DNA of 40,850 nucleotides from an uncultured Actinotalea sp. GTDB taxonomy: Bacteria; Actinomycetota; Actinomycetes; Actinomycetales; Cellulomonadaceae. Made by a program: the position numbers and the translations under genes. A model generated the notes under the pieces. That model saw nothing but the letters and a program-made list of their open reading frames with translations. It was not told the origin of the DNA and made no database searches. Below are positions 7,870 through 19,158 of the stretch, one piece after another. Where the stretch lies: the NCBI GenBank assembly GCA_963521045.1, contig CAUQTR010000001.1, positions 1-40,850 of the forward strand, given 5' to 3'. How positions within the stretch are numbered: the first letter of the stretch is position 1; every line of letters begins with the position of its first letter.

Positions 7870-10161
7870 TCAGGGGACGACGACGAAGCCCGCCCGCAGC
7901 TGGTCCTGCGCGCGGGAGGACGAGCCGACCCGCAGCTCGAAGTCACCCGGCTCGACCACGCGACTCCCGGCGGCGTCGACCACGGTGCACGCGGCGACCG
8001 GGAGCCGGATCCGCAGCCGCCTCTCCTGTCCCGGAGCCAGCTCGACCTGGAGGAACTCCTTGAGCTCCTGCTCCGCCCAGCTGACCGAGGTGACGTCGTC
8101 GCTCACGTAGACCTGCACGGTCTCGCGGGCGGGGCGCGAGCCCGTGTTGACGACCGTCACCTCGGCCTCCAGCTCGTCCGTCGGCCTCACGGGGGACCCG
8201 AGGACGCGCAGGTCCCGGTACTCGACGGTCGTGTAGGACAGCCCCTGACCGAAGGCGAAGGCCGGACGCTGGGTGAGGTCGGCGTAGCGGTCGCCGTGCT
8301 GGCCGCGGATCTGGTTGTAGTACGTCGGCTGCTGACCGACGTGCCGGGCGAACGAGAGCGGCAGCCGGCCCGAGGGCTCGACGAGCCCGAGGAGCACCTC
8401 GGCGATCGCCCGTCCGCCCGCCATCCCGGGGTTCGCGACCCACACCAGGGCGGAGGCCTCGAGGGCGACCCGCGGCAGCACCAGGGGCTTGGACGCGAGC
8501 AGCACCACGACCAGGGGGGTGCCCGTCGCCGCGAGCGCCTCGAGCAGCGCGACCTGGCCGCCCAGCAGCTCGAGGGTCGCCGTCGAGCGCCCCTCCCCCA
8601 CGAGCTCGATCCGGTCGCCCACCACGGCGACCACGTAGTCGGCCTCGCGCGCGGCGGCCACAGCCCGGTCGATCGCGGCCTCGTCCACCGGGGCAGGGGT
8701 GACGACGCACGGACGCGGCTGCCCGTCCGGGAACCGCTCGCCCTCGGGGTGCGTCTCGAGCGTGAGGATCTGGGCGCCCTGCTCGTACGTGACGGTCCAG
8801 TCCGCCGGCACGTGCGCCCGGACGCCGTCGAGCACCGTCGTGATCATCGCGCGCGGGTGACCGTCGGGGATCCACCCGGCCTGGCCCGAGCTGCCGGCCC
8901 AGTCGCCGAGCTGGGTCTGCGCGTCGTCGGCGAGCGGTCCGACGACGGCGACCCGGGCCGGCCTGCCCCCGGGCTCGGCCACGGCACGCCCGTCGGCACC
9001 CGCAGTGAGTCCTCCCGCGAGCGGGAGCACGCCGTCGTTCTCGAGCAGCACCACGGAGCGACGCGCGACCTCGAGATTGAGGTCGCCGTGCGTCCCGAGC
9101 ACCGCGTCGATGCGCTCGCCCGACGGGCGGCGCGGGTCCTCGAACAGCCCGAGCTCGACCTTGAGGGTCAGGATGCGCCGCACGGCCTCGTCGAACGCGT
9201 GCTCGGCGAGCAGGCCGCTCTCGACCGCCTCGAGCGCACCCTCGAAGAAGCGCGGCGTCGTCATGATCATGTCGTTGCCGGCGCGCACGGCGGCGGCCGC
9301 AGCGTGCGCGTGGTCGGGCTGCACACGCTGCTCCCAGACCATGCGGCCCACGTTGTCCCAGTCGGTCACGAGGGTGCCGGTGTAGCCCCACTCGCCGCGC
9401 AGCACGTCGTTGAGCAGCCAGTCGTTGACGGTGATCGGGACGCCGTCGATCGACTGGTAGCCGAGCATGAACGTGCGGCACCCCTCGCGGGCGACGCGCT
9501 CGAACGGCGGCAGGAACCACGAGCGGAGCTTGCGACGGCTGAGGTCGGCCTCCGACGCGTCGCGCCCACCCTGCGTCTCGGAGTACCCCGCGAAGTGCTT
9601 GGCGCTCGCGAGGATCGCCGTCGGGTCGGCGAGCCCGTCGCCCTGGTAGCCGCGCACCATCGCCGAGGCGAGCTCGCCGATGAGGTGCGGGTCCTCGCCG
9701 AACGTCTCGTCCACCCGCCCCCAGCGCAGGTCACGGGCGACGCAGAGCACCGGCGAGAACGTCCAGTGGATGCCGGTCGCGGCGGCCTCGACGGCCGTCG
9801 CGCGCGCGACCCGCTCGAGCAGCGCGGGGTCCCAGGTCGCGGCCATGCCCAGCTGGGTGGGGAAGATCGTGGCGCCCTCGAAGAAGGAGTGGCCGTGGAT
9901 GCAGTCCTCCGCGATCAGCAGCGGGATCCCCAGGCGCGTGCGTGCGGTGAGCTCGTGCGCACGCAGCACCCGCTCGGGCGAGGCGTGCAGCACCGAGCCC
10001 GCGTGCCGGCGCAGCACGTGGTCGTCGAGGTCGTCGCGGGCGTCGAGCTGGAGCATCTGGCCGATCTTCTCGGCCGTCGTCATCCGCCCCAGCAGGTCCT
10101 CGACCCGCTCGGCGACGCCGAGGGTCGGGTCCTGGTACGGCGCGGTCGTCGTGACGGTCAT
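7870..10161 (-). CDS. GH3 beta-glucosidase (BglX-like) with C-terminal Fn3-like domain
   Basis: Motifs EKIGQM, RDLRWGRVDETFGEDP, KHFAGY, nucleophile VTDW, FGQGLSYT, ETVQVY. Confidence 0.93.
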   Translation of the reverse strand: MTVTTTAPYQDPTLGVAERVEDLLGRMTTAEKIGQMLQLDARDDLDDHVLRRHAGSVLHASPERVLRAHELTARTRLGIPLLIAEDCIHGHSFFEGATIFPTQLGMAATWDPALLERVARATAVEAAATGIHWTFSPVLCVARDLRWGRVDETFGEDPHLIGELASAMVRGYQGDGLADPTAILASAKHFAGYSETQGGRDASEADLSRRKLRSWFLPPFERVAREGCRTFMLGYQSIDGVPITVNDWLLNDVLRGEWGYTGTLVTDWDNVGRMVWEQRVQPDHAHAAAAAVRAGNDMIMTTPRFFEGALEAVESGLLAEHAFDEAVRRILTLKVELGLFEDPRRPSGERIDAVLGTHGDLNLEVARRSVVLLENDGVLPLAGGLTAGADGRAVAEPGGRPARVAVVGPLADDAQTQLGDWAGSSGQAGWIPDGHPRAMITTVLDGVRAHVPADWTVTYEQGAQILTLETHPEGERFPDGQPRPCVVTPAPVDEAAIDRAVAAAREADYVVAVVGDRIELVGEGRSTATLELLGGQVALLEALAATGTPLVVVLLASKPLVLPRVALEASALVWVANPGMAGGRAIAEVLLGLVEPSGRLPLSFARHVGQQPTYYNQIRGQHGDRYADLTQRPAFAFGQGLSYTTVEYRDLRVLGSPVRPTDELEAEVTVVNTGSRPARETVQVYVSDDVTSVSWAEQELKEFLQVELAPGQERRLRIRLPVAACTVVDAAGSRVVEPGDFELRVGSSSRAQDQLRAGFVVVP

Positions 10162-11186
10162 CGAGGCCCTTCGGTGGTGGTCGTGGTGGTGGGGGTGGGG
10201 CGCACGGCGGTCACGGCGTCGTTGACGTCCAGTCCCCGCCGCTTCATCGCGCGGGCACGCTCACCGGCCGACCGCAGGCGCGGGTTGACGTACTCGTCGA
10301 TGCCGAAGTTGATGAGCGACAGCGCCACGCCGATGGCGGCGATGCACAGCCCCGGTGGCAGGAACCACCACCACTGGTTCTGCCGGAACGCGCCCTGGGC
10401 ACCGGCCCAGTTCAGGATCGTCCCCCAGTTGTAGGTGTTCACGGGGATCACGCCGATGTAGGACAGCGTCGTCAGGGCGAGGATGGCCGCAGTGACCGTG
10501 CCGACGAAGCTCGCCGCGATCAGCGCCATGAGGTTGGGCAGCATCTCGTTGCCGATGATGCGGCGCAGCGGCTCGCCGTTCGCGCGGGCGGCCTGGACGA
10601 AGTCGCGGTTGCGCAGGGACATCGTCTGCGCGCGCAGCACGCGGGCTCCCCACGCCCAGCCGGTCAGGCCCAGCACGGCGGCGATCACCACGAGGGGCGG
10701 GTCGTCGAACATCGAGGCCACGATGATGATCAGCGGCAGCCCGGGGATGACGAGGAAGACGTTCGTCAGCGCCGAGAGGCTCTCGCTGCGCCAGCCGCGC
10801 AGGTAGCCCGAGACGACACCGACGACGATCGCGATGATCGTGGCCATGATCGCGGCGAGGAAGCCGACGACGATCACGCCACGGGTGCCGAAGATGACCT
10901 GGCTCAGGACGTCCTCGCCGAGGTGGGTGGTGCCGAGCCAGTGCTCCGCCGACGGCGGCTGGAAGCGCGCGGAGTTGTCGACCTGGGTGGGCGAGAAGGG
11001 CGCGAGGACGTCGGCGAGGGCGGCGACGAGGACGAAGAACCCCAGGATCGCCAGGCCGGTGATCGACTTGCGGTTGCGGAACATCGCGAAGGCCGAGCCC
11101 AGGCGGGCGCGCGTCGTCGTCCGGGGACCCGCCGTCGGCCGGGTGCTCAGCCCCGGTGCGGGCTCCGTGCGGAGGTCGGTGGTCAT
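10158..11186 (-). CDS. Opp/Dpp-family ABC permease (DppC-like)
   Basis: Motifs HWLGTT.LGEDV and DFVQAARANG; TM helices. Confidence 0.92.
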   Translation of the reverse strand: MTTDLRTEPAPGLSTRPTAGPRTTTRARLGSAFAMFRNRKSITGLAILGFFVLVAALADVLAPFSPTQVDNSARFQPPSAEHWLGTTHLGEDVLSQVIFGTRGVIVVGFLAAIMATIIAIVVGVVSGYLRGWRSESLSALTNVFLVIPGLPLIIIVASMFDDPPLVVIAAVLGLTGWAWGARVLRAQTMSLRNRDFVQAARANGEPLRRIIGNEMLPNLMALIAASFVGTVTAAILALTTLSYIGVIPVNTYNWGTILNWAGAQGAFRQNQWWWFLPPGLCIAAIGVALSLINFGIDEYVNPRLRSAGERARAMKRRGLDVNDAVTAVRPTPTTTTTTEGPR

Positions 11187-11189
11187 GGT

Positions 11190-12272
11190 TCAGGCCTCCG
11201 TCTGACGGGTGCGCGGGTCGAGGAACGCGTAGGCGACGTCGGCCAGGACGTTGGCGGCGAGCACCGACAGCGTGATCACCAGGAACACGCCCTGCATGAG
11301 GGCGTAGTCCTTGGCGTTGGTCGCGTCCAGCAGCAGCTTCCCGACCCCGGGGTAGCTGAAGACCATCTCCATGACGATCGTGCCGCCGACGATGAAGCCG
11401 ATCGACAGCGCGAAGCTCTGGATCTGCGGGAGCACCGCGTTGCGCGCGGCGTAGCGCCACAGGACCCGCCGGTTCGGCAGGCCCTTGGCCTGCGCCACCG
11501 TGACGTAGTCCTCATCGAGCACCGTGAGCATCATGTTGCGCATGCCCAGCATCCAGCCGCCGAGGGAGGCGATGACGATGGTGGCCGCCGGCAGGGTGCC
11601 GTGGTGGATCACCTGTCCGACGAACTCCGCCGACCACTGCGGCGTCATCCCCACCCCGTAGGCCTTGCCGATGGGGAACCACCCGAGGTTCACCGAGAAC
11701 AGGGCGATCGCCAGGAGGCCCAGCCAGAAGTAGGGGATCGTGCTGAGGAACGTGGTCAGGGGGATGAGGCCGTCGAGCCGGCTGCCTCGGCGCCAGCCGA
11801 CGATCGCACCGCCGATCGTTCCGATCGCGAACGAGACGATCGTCGCGAAGCCGACGAGGCCGACGGTCCACGGCAGCGCCTGGCTGATGACCTCGGTGAC
11901 CGGGCGCAGGCCGTGCAGCAGCGAGACGCCGAGGTCGCCGCGCAGCAGCAGGGCCCAGTAGTCGACGTACTGCTGCATCAGGGACGCGTCGGTGTCCAGG
12001 CCGAGCAGGGCCCGCAGCGCGTCGGCCGCCTCGGGGGTGACGTTCCGGTTGCGGGACAGGTACTGGTCGACCGCGTCGCCCTTCATCATGCGGGGCAGGA
12101 AGAAGTTGATGGTGATCGCGGCCCAGAGGGTGAACAGGTAGAACGCGGCGCGTCCGGCGAGGAACCGCCACGGGATGCGGGAGCGGCCCCGGACCGCCGT
12201 GGTCGCCGTGGTGCCGACCTCGAGGGCGTCCTGCTCGGCCTGGAGCTGGGGCTGGGGCTGGACGGCGGTCAC
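11190..12272 (-). CDS. Opp/Dpp-family ABC permease (DppB-like)
   Basis: Motifs GDLGVS, EDYVTVAQAKGL, EMVFSYPGVG, LDPR. Confidence 0.92.
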   Translation of the reverse strand: MTAVQPQPQLQAEQDALEVGTTATTAVRGRSRIPWRFLAGRAAFYLFTLWAAITINFFLPRMMKGDAVDQYLSRNRNVTPEAADALRALLGLDTDASLMQQYVDYWALLLRGDLGVSLLHGLRPVTEVISQALPWTVGLVGFATIVSFAIGTIGGAIVGWRRGSRLDGLIPLTTFLSTIPYFWLGLLAIALFSVNLGWFPIGKAYGVGMTPQWSAEFVGQVIHHGTLPAATIVIASLGGWMLGMRNMMLTVLDEDYVTVAQAKGLPNRRVLWRYAARNAVLPQIQSFALSIGFIVGGTIVMEMVFSYPGVGKLLLDATNAKDYALMQGVFLVITLSVLAANVLADVAYAFLDPRTRQTEA

Positions 12273-13074
12273 CGGGCACCACCGCCGGAGCCGGACACCG
12301 AGGCGAAGTGCTTCTCGGGGTCGGGGGACGCCGCCCGCAGCTCGCGGGTGTAGGGGTCCTGCGGGCGGAGGATCACGTCGTCGGCCGAGCCCCGCTCGAC
12401 GACCCGCCCCTGGTTGAGCACCAGGATCTCGTCGCTGAAGTGCCGGGCGGTCGCCAGGTCGTGGGTGATGTAGAGCACGCCGAGGCCCTCCTCGCGCCCC
12501 AGGTCGGCGAGCAGGTTGAGCACGCCGAGGCGGATGGAGACGTCGAGCATGGACACCGGCTCGTCGGCCACGAGGAGGCGGGGCCGGGAGGCCAGCGCCC
12601 GGGCGATCGCGACGCGCTGCCGCTGCCCGCCCGACAGCTCGTGCGGGCGCCGGTCGATCACCTCGTCGGGCTCGAGCCGGACCCGCTCGAGCAGCCGCCG
12701 CACCTCGGCCTCGAGCTCGGCCCCGGGGACGACGTCGTCCAGGCGCAGCGGGCGCTCGAGGTGGTACCGGATGGAGTGGTACGGGTTGAGGGACGCGAAC
12801 GGGTCCTGGAAGACCATCCGCAGCTTCTGGCGGTAGGCCCGCAGCCCGGCGCCGCGGCGCGGGATCGGCTGCCCGTCGAGGCGGACCTGCCCGCTCGTGG
12901 GCGTCTCGAGCTGGGTGAGGATCCGCGCGATCGTCGACTTGCCGCTGCCGGACTGGCCGACGAGCCCGATCGTCTGCCCCGACTCCAGCGTGAAGCTCAC
13001 GTCGTCGAGGGCCTTGATCTGGCCTGCGCCGCGCACCGAGTAGACCTTGGTGACGCGGTCGAGCTCCAGGACGG

Positions 13075-13078
<4 letters not shown>
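12269..13078 (-). CDS. Opp/Dpp-family ABC ATP-binding protein (DppF-like)
   Basis: GQSGSGKS, LSGGQRQR, ADEPVSMLD. Confidence 0.93.
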
Positions 13079-13899
<821 letters not shown>

Positions 13900-13933
13900 C
13901 AGTGCAGGCTCGCTCTCTCGGGGCGGTCGGCGA

Positions 13934-13968
13934 CGACGGGGCGGCTGCGCGCAGCACCCGCCCCGTCG
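13934..13968. terminator. Stem-loop downstream of the family 5 SBP gene
   Basis: CGACGGGGCGG...CCGCCCCGTCG, an 11-bp perfect stem just after the SBP stop codon. Confidence 0.6.
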
Positions 13969-13977
13969 CCGGCCGGG

Positions 13978-15645
13978 TCACTCGACGGGCTCGAGGTTCA
14001 CCAGGACCTGGACGACCCCGGGCTGCGTCGGGTCGGCGGAGGCGTAGGCGTCCTCCTGCGTCGGCCACCCGGCGTAGCTGCGCGTGTTGTACTCGCCCAG
14101 CAGCGGGTGCGATCCCAGCGGGATGGCGGGCACCTGCTCGACGAACGCCTTCTGCAGGACGGCCGAGGCCGCCGTGCGGTCCTCGTCGGAGGACGCCGTG
14201 GCGTAGGTGTTGAGCGCCTCGGTGACCGCGGCGTCGTCGAAGCGGCCGAAGTTGAACTGGGCCCGGTCGTCGACGACCCACCGCGGGTCCATCGTGGAGG
14301 TGTACAGGCCGTACGCGTTCCCGGTGTCCTCGAGCCAGTGGATGATCGCCTGGAAGCTGCCCTCCTGGCGGGCGGCGTCCCAGCCACCCCAGTCCGGCTG
14401 GTCGACGACGACCTCGATGCCCAGCGCCTCGTCGAGCTCCTCGGCGATCAGCGCCTGCTCGGTGTTCCAGTCGCTCCACCCGGCGGGCACGGAGATCGAG
14501 AACGAGACCGGCTCGCCGTCGGGGTCGATCAGGGCCTCGCCGGACCAGGTGTAGCCGGCGTCGGTGAGGATCTGACGCGCCTTGTCGACGTCGACCGAGT
14601 AGTCCTCGCCCTGGTACTCGGGGACGATCTCGTCCGCCAGCACGCTGCTGAGCCCGGTGACGTTCCAGACGGCCTCGCTCGCGCCCTCACGGGCGATCTC
14701 GACGTAGTCCTGACGGTCGATCGTCCAGGCGAGGGCCTGGCGCAGGGCCACGTCGTCGAACGGCTTGGTCTGCAGGTTCATGAACAGCGTGCCGGCGCCC
14801 GCGGTGGGCGAGACCAGGAAGTGGTTGTCCGGGTCGGCGGCCAGGTAGCTGTCCTCGATCTGCGGGATGAACGCCTGCGCCCAGTCGGCCTCGCCGGAGA
14901 CGAGGGCGGTGGTCAGGGCCGCGTTGTCGCCGTAGGAGACGTAGTGCAGCTGGGGCACGGCCAGCTCGCCGCCCCAGTAGTCGGGGTTCGCGGTCAGCGT
15001 CACCGACTCGGTCGACCAGGTGTCGAGCACGTACGGCCCGGTGCCGACGGCCAGGCCGTCCTCGGTGAGCGGGTCGGTGTTCGGGTCCTCGATGCCCTCC
15101 CAGATGTGCCGGGGGACGATCGGCGTGTGCAGCACCCGCGCCTGGGCGGTGTACTTCGACTCGGCGAAGGCCAGGGTGATGGCGTCACCCTCGACGGTCG
15201 CTCCCTCGTACCCCAGCCCCGAGGTGTCCGTGAGGCTGCCGTCGAGGTACTGGCCGAACGTGAAGACGATGTCCTCACCGGTGAACTCGGTGCCGTCGCT
15301 CCACGTCACGCCGCTGCGCGGGACCACCGTGAGCTCGGTGTAGTCGTCGTTCCACTCCACCGACTCCGCGAGCCACGGGGTGGTGGCGAGGTCACCCGTG
15401 GGGTTCACGAGCGCGAGCGGCTCGAAGATCACCTTGGCGTAGCCGTACTTCGAGGCCGACGAGTCGCCGAGGTACGGGTTGTGCGACTCGGTGGTGATCG
15501 CGCCGTCCGGCTTGGCGATCGTTAGCGCCGCGCCCGGTTGGGCGGCGGTGTCGGGGTCCGACGTGCCGGTGCCGCCCGACGAGCAGGCGGTCAGCACGAG
15601 CGCGGACGCGACGCTCAGGACGACGAGGGAGGTCCGTGGCCTCAT
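13978..15645 (-). CDS. Family 5 ABC substrate-binding lipoprotein (likely oligosaccharide-binding)
   Basis: Start MRPRTS follows a GAAGGAG RBS. Lipobox LTAC; family 5 motifs PWLAES and VGTGPY. Confidence 0.9.
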   Translation of the reverse strand: MRPRTSLVVLSVASALVLTACSSGGTGTSDPDTAAQPGAALTIAKPDGAITTESHNPYLGDSSASKYGYAKVIFEPLALVNPTGDLATTPWLAESVEWNDDYTELTVVPRSGVTWSDGTEFTGEDIVFTFGQYLDGSLTDTSGLGYEGATVEGDAITLAFAESKYTAQARVLHTPIVPRHIWEGIEDPNTDPLTEDGLAVGTGPYVLDTWSTESVTLTANPDYWGGELAVPQLHYVSYGDNAALTTALVSGEADWAQAFIPQIEDSYLAADPDNHFLVSPTAGAGTLFMNLQTKPFDDVALRQALAWTIDRQDYVEIAREGASEAVWNVTGLSSVLADEIVPEYQGEDYSVDVDKARQILTDAGYTWSGEALIDPDGEPVSFSISVPAGWSDWNTEQALIAEELDEALGIEVVVDQPDWGGWDAARQEGSFQAIIHWLEDTGNAYGLYTSTMDPRWVVDDRAQFNFGRFDDAAVTEALNTYATASSDEDRTAASAVLQKAFVEQVPAIPLGSHPLLGEYNTRSYAGWPTQEDAYASADPTQPGVVQVLVNLEPVE

Positions 15646-15723
15646 TGCTTCTCCTTCGGTGTGCGGGGACGCGGTGCGGCCGCAACCCCTCAGGGCGCCC
15701 TCCACGATGAGGGAGCGTGGGCA

Positions 15724-15745
15724 ACTTACCGACTTGTCAGTAAGT
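15724..15745. promoter_or_regulatory. Probable TetR operator ACTTAC-CGAC-TT-GTCA-GTAAGT
   Basis: AT-rich imperfect inverted repeat between the divergent SBP and TetR genes. Confidence 0.65.
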
Positions 15746-15863
15746 ATGTAAATGGCGGCATGCCACGGGAGTCGGCGGGCCTAGACTCGGTCGAGCGTGA
15801 CGTGCTCGCCGCGCACACCCGCCGAGCCCCGTGGCGTGGACACCAGAGGAATGCGAGGACGTG

Positions 15864-16529
15864 ATGACGACACGGCGCGTCCCCCGCGCCCGGGCCGAGA
15901 CCCTCGTCAAGCGGACCGAGATCCTGCGTGCGGCCGCCGCCACGTTCGGGGCCAAGGGCTTCAAGAACGGGCCGCTCGCCGAGATCGCCGAGCAAGTCGG
16001 CATGACGCACGCCGGGATCCTGCACCACTTCGGCTCGAAGGATCAGCTGCTCCTCGAGGTCCTCAAGCGACGGGACGCCGACGACGTCGCCGACCTCGAG
16101 GGTGCGCACATGCCCGAGGGCGCCGAGCTGTTCCGCCACCTGGTCCGCACGGCCTTCGCCAACGAGGCCCGCCGCGGCATCGTCCAGGCGTACGCCGTCC
16201 TCTCCGCGGAGTCCGTGACCGACGACCACCCGGGCCGCCCCTACTTCGAGGAGCGCTACCGGACGCTGCGCCGGGAGATCGCCGACGCCTTCACGGCCAT
16301 CTGCGTCGAGCGCGGCATCACCGCGCCGAGCACCCTCGACCTGGCCGTCGCGAGCATCCTCGCCGTCATGGACGGCCTCCAGGTCCAGTGGCTCCTGACG
16401 CCCGACGACGTCCAGCTGGCCGAGGCGAGCGCCTTCGCCATCGAGGCCATCGCGGCCCAGGTGCTCGCTCCGCAGGAGCTTCCCCTCGACCTCCGCTCCG
16501 CCAGGGCCGCGGAGGCACCCCGAGCCTGA
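15864..16529 (+). CDS. TetR/AcrR-family regulator
   Basis: N-terminal HTH LAEIAEQVGMTHAGILHHFGSKDQLL. The start could also be the GTG at 15861. Confidence 0.92.
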   Translation: MTTRRVPRARAETLVKRTEILRAAAATFGAKGFKNGPLAEIAEQVGMTHAGILHHFGSKDQLLLEVLKRRDADDVADLEGAHMPEGAELFRHLVRTAFANEARRGIVQAYAVLSAESVTDDHPGRPYFEERYRTLRREIADAFTAICVERGITAPSTLDLAVASILAVMDGLQVQWLLTPDDVQLAEASAFAIEAIAAQVLAPQELPLDLRSARAAEAPRA

Positions 16530-16634
16530 CCCTGGTCGCGCTCGCGTCGCCCGCGTCGCCCGCGTCGTCGACGGTGGAGCGACGTCGGTCCGACCGTGGG
16601 CGGGGCGACGGCCGCGTCTCGCGGGCCCCGGTGG

Positions 16635-17339
16635 TCAGGGGGTGAGGCGCTCGGCCAGGGCCGCGTGGAGGGCGGCGTCGTTCCCCGAGACGGCCAGCGG
16701 CGCGACGTCGAGGGGCAGGCGCCCCCACAGCAGCAGGGCGACGGCCGACGCCGGCCCGGTGACCGTCACGGCACGGCCGGCACCGTCCGAACCCGGGAGC
16801 ACCCACGACCGCCCCGCGTCCTCGGCGACGAGGGCCACGCCCGCGGCCAGCGAAGCCATCCGCCCCATGCGTACCTGCCGGGGTTGGAGGACGGTGACGA
16901 CCTCGTCGACGGTGTCGGCCCAGAGGTCCGCAGGGAGCGTCAGGTCCTCCCCGGACGCGCGCCGTAGGTCCCACAGGTGCACCGCGGTCTCGTGGAGCTG
17001 GCGGCGCCGCCAGAACGACGCCGGGCCGGGGCCGATGAGCGTCGAGGAGACGGCGTCGGGGCCCAGGGCAGTCAGGGTTTCCACGAGCTCGCGGGCGCAC
17101 TCCTCGTAGAGCCGGGGCAGGTCGAAGGGGCCGCGTCCCAGCGGGACCTCGCGCTCACGGCGTGCCTCCGCTGCCGCCCAGTGGTGGATCCGGGCGAGGT
17201 GCACCACCAGGTCGCGGACCCGCCACCGCCCGCACCACGGCACCGGGAGGGTGGGGTCGCTGCGGCGGACCCCGTCGAGGAAGGCGGCCTGGACCGTCAC
17301 CAGCTCGGCAAGATGGTCCAGCTCGGCGCCACGGGTCAT
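16635..17339 (-). CDS. Maleylpyruvate isomerase-family mycothiol-dependent enzyme (MDMPI/DinB-like)
   Basis: Motifs VPWCGRWRVRDLVVHL, RRQLHETAVHLWD and LLLWGR. Confidence 0.85.
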   Translation of the reverse strand: MTRGAELDHLAELVTVQAAFLDGVRRSDPTLPVPWCGRWRVRDLVVHLARIHHWAAAEARREREVPLGRGPFDLPRLYEECARELVETLTALGPDAVSSTLIGPGPASFWRRRQLHETAVHLWDLRRASGEDLTLPADLWADTVDEVVTVLQPRQVRMGRMASLAAGVALVAEDAGRSWVLPGSDGAGRAVTVTGPASAVALLLWGRLPLDVAPLAVSGNDAALHAALAERLTP

Positions 17340-17522
17340 CGCGCCATGATGCCGCTCGTCGTGGCGCACCGGGCAGACCGGGAAGTCCTCGGCGCGCGCC
17401 CAGCGGCTCCGGTCGCTGTCCCGGCCCGACGATCGCGCAGCCCGAGGCCCCGTGCCTAGGCTGCGACGGAGCGGGGCACCGCGGCTTGCGCGGGCGCAGC
17501 GGGAACCACGGGAGGTCGAGCG

Positions 17523-18491
17523 ATGGAGTGGACGTCGCTGGGGCGCTCCGGCCTCAGGGTGAGTCGTGTCGGCCTGGGGTGCATGAGCTACGGGGTGGCC
17601 GCCACCGGGATGCACCAGTGGACCCTCGACGAGGACGCCGCCGCACCGTTCTTCCGCCAGGCCGTCGAGCTGGGCGTGACCTTCTGGGACACCGCGAACG
17701 TCTACCAGGGCGGGACCTCCGAGGAGTTCGTCGGCCGCGCGGTCCGGCGCTACTCCCGCCGCGAGGACATCGTCCTGTCCACCAAGGTCCACGGCACGAT
17801 GCACGCGGGCCCGGGCGGCAGCGGCCTGTCGCGCAAGGCGATCCTCGAGCAGCTCGACGCGTCCCTGCGCCGGCTCGACACCGACCACGTCGACATCTAC
17901 TACATCCACCGGTTCGACGAGGCGGTACCGGTGGAGGAGACCATGGAGGCCCTGCACGACGTCGTCAAGGCCGGCAAGGCCCGCTACCTCGGTGCGTCCT
18001 CGATGTGGGCCTGGCAGTTCGCCAAGCTGCAGCACGCCGCGCGGGCGAACGGCTGGACGCCGTTCGTCGCGATGCAGGACCAGTACAACGTCCTGCGCCG
18101 CGAGGAGGAGCGGGACATGATCCCGCTGTGCCTCGATCAGGGCGTCGGGCTGACCCCCTACTCACCGCTGGCCAAGGGCCGCGCCGCCCGGCCCTGGGGC
18201 GAGCAGACGGCCCGCTCCTCGACCGACACCGTCGCCCAGGCGTTCGACCGGGACGTCGACAGGGCCGTGGTGGACGCCGTCGAGCGCATCGCGCAGAACC
18301 GCGGGACGTCCATGGCGCAGATCGCCCTGGCGTGGGTGCTGTCCAAGCCGGTCGTCACCTGCCCGATCGTGGGCGCCACGAAGCCGCATCACCTCCAGGA
18401 CGCTGTCGCTGCTCTCGCCGTCGGTCTCACCGCTGAGGAGGTTGCGTCGCTCGAAGGGGCGTACACGACGCAGGACAACTACTGGTGGTGA
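17523..18491 (+). CDS. Aldo/keto reductase
   Basis: Motifs LGRSGLRVSRVGLGCM, DTANVY, STK, YYIHRFD, KARYLGAS, YSPLAKG. Confidence 0.95.
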   Translation: MEWTSLGRSGLRVSRVGLGCMSYGVAATGMHQWTLDEDAAAPFFRQAVELGVTFWDTANVYQGGTSEEFVGRAVRRYSRREDIVLSTKVHGTMHAGPGGSGLSRKAILEQLDASLRRLDTDHVDIYYIHRFDEAVPVEETMEALHDVVKAGKARYLGASSMWAWQFAKLQHAARANGWTPFVAMQDQYNVLRREEERDMIPLCLDQGVGLTPYSPLAKGRAARPWGEQTARSSTDTVAQAFDRDVDRAVVDAVERIAQNRGTSMAQIALAWVLSKPVVTCPIVGATKPHHLQDAVAALAVGLTAEEVASLEGAYTTQDNYWW

Positions 18492-18532
18492 CAGCGCGGT
18501 GATCGGCCGGCACCGACTTTCGACAGCTCCGG

Positions 18533-18658
18533 ACTGCCGACACCCGCTTTGGGAGTTCGATCTTGGACTAGCGGTGACGGCCTGACCTGGGGAAACACAT
18601 GCGGGTAGTTCGCCAGATGACCCCCTTCCGGAATGCTCGCTGACCACGTGCTGACCAC
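18533..18658. repeat. Distal att site: tRNA-Arg core copy plus arm with GCTGACCAC direct repeats
   Basis: 22/23 match to tRNA 36371-36393. 18556-18658 is homologous to 22408-22510. GCTGACCAC occurs at 18639 and 18650. Confidence 0.85.
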
Positions 18659-18711
18659 AGCGCTCCCGCTTCTCGCGCTCGACCCTCGGCCGTCCCGCGC
18701 TCACGCGAGCC

Positions 18712-18960
18712 TCATGCCGCGGCGGTGCGCAGCGCGGTGACGCCAAGGTGTGGGCTCATCCGATCGTTGAGTGCGTAGCCGACGATCCGGTTGCTCAACG
18801 GGTCCTTGATCGCGCAGCAAGAGACCTCGCCGTCGGCGGTGAGATGCTCGGTGATGTCGGTGACGCAGACCCGATCCGGTCCGGTCCGCGGTGAAGGTGT
18901 GCTGGACGCGGTCGTCGTGGACCGCGGGACCCGCTAACTTCCTCGCGCCGGGCGGCCCTT
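18712..18960 (-). pseudogene. IS3-family transposase remnant (frameshifted rve fragment)
   Basis: GPAVHDDRVQHTFTAD, then after a frameshift VCVTDITEHLTADGEVSCCAIKDPLSNRIVGYALNDRM and a premature stop. This matches the start of the IS3 OrfB DDE core. Confidence 0.8.
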
Positions 18961-19158
18961 GCGGACGGGGGATGACCAGAGCCGTGCTGGGAGCACAGCC
19001 GCCAGACCCAGCGGTACGTCGCGCCACAGATGGAGTGTCAACCAGCCCTGCAGCAGTCCCGAGCGACAGGCCGCAGCCCTGTCCGGCAGCCGCCCTTCCT
19101 GGAAGACTGCGGCGAAGAAGCCGGCGGTCCCGGTCAGCGCAGCCCTGGAGGCACAGGC

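Noticed and set aside
16543..16569. 9-bp tandem CGCGTCGCC repeats between convergent genes
   Set aside because: Low-complexity GC-rich repeat with no evidence of function.
19030..19158. N-terminal extension of the TIR ORF
   Set aside because: The TIR domain begins right after the ATG at 19159, which has a GGAGG RBS; the extension is not domain-like.
18960..19158. Retron or other defence ncRNA upstream of the TIR gene
   Set aside because: No reverse transcriptase in the window and no clear msr/msd inverted repeats.
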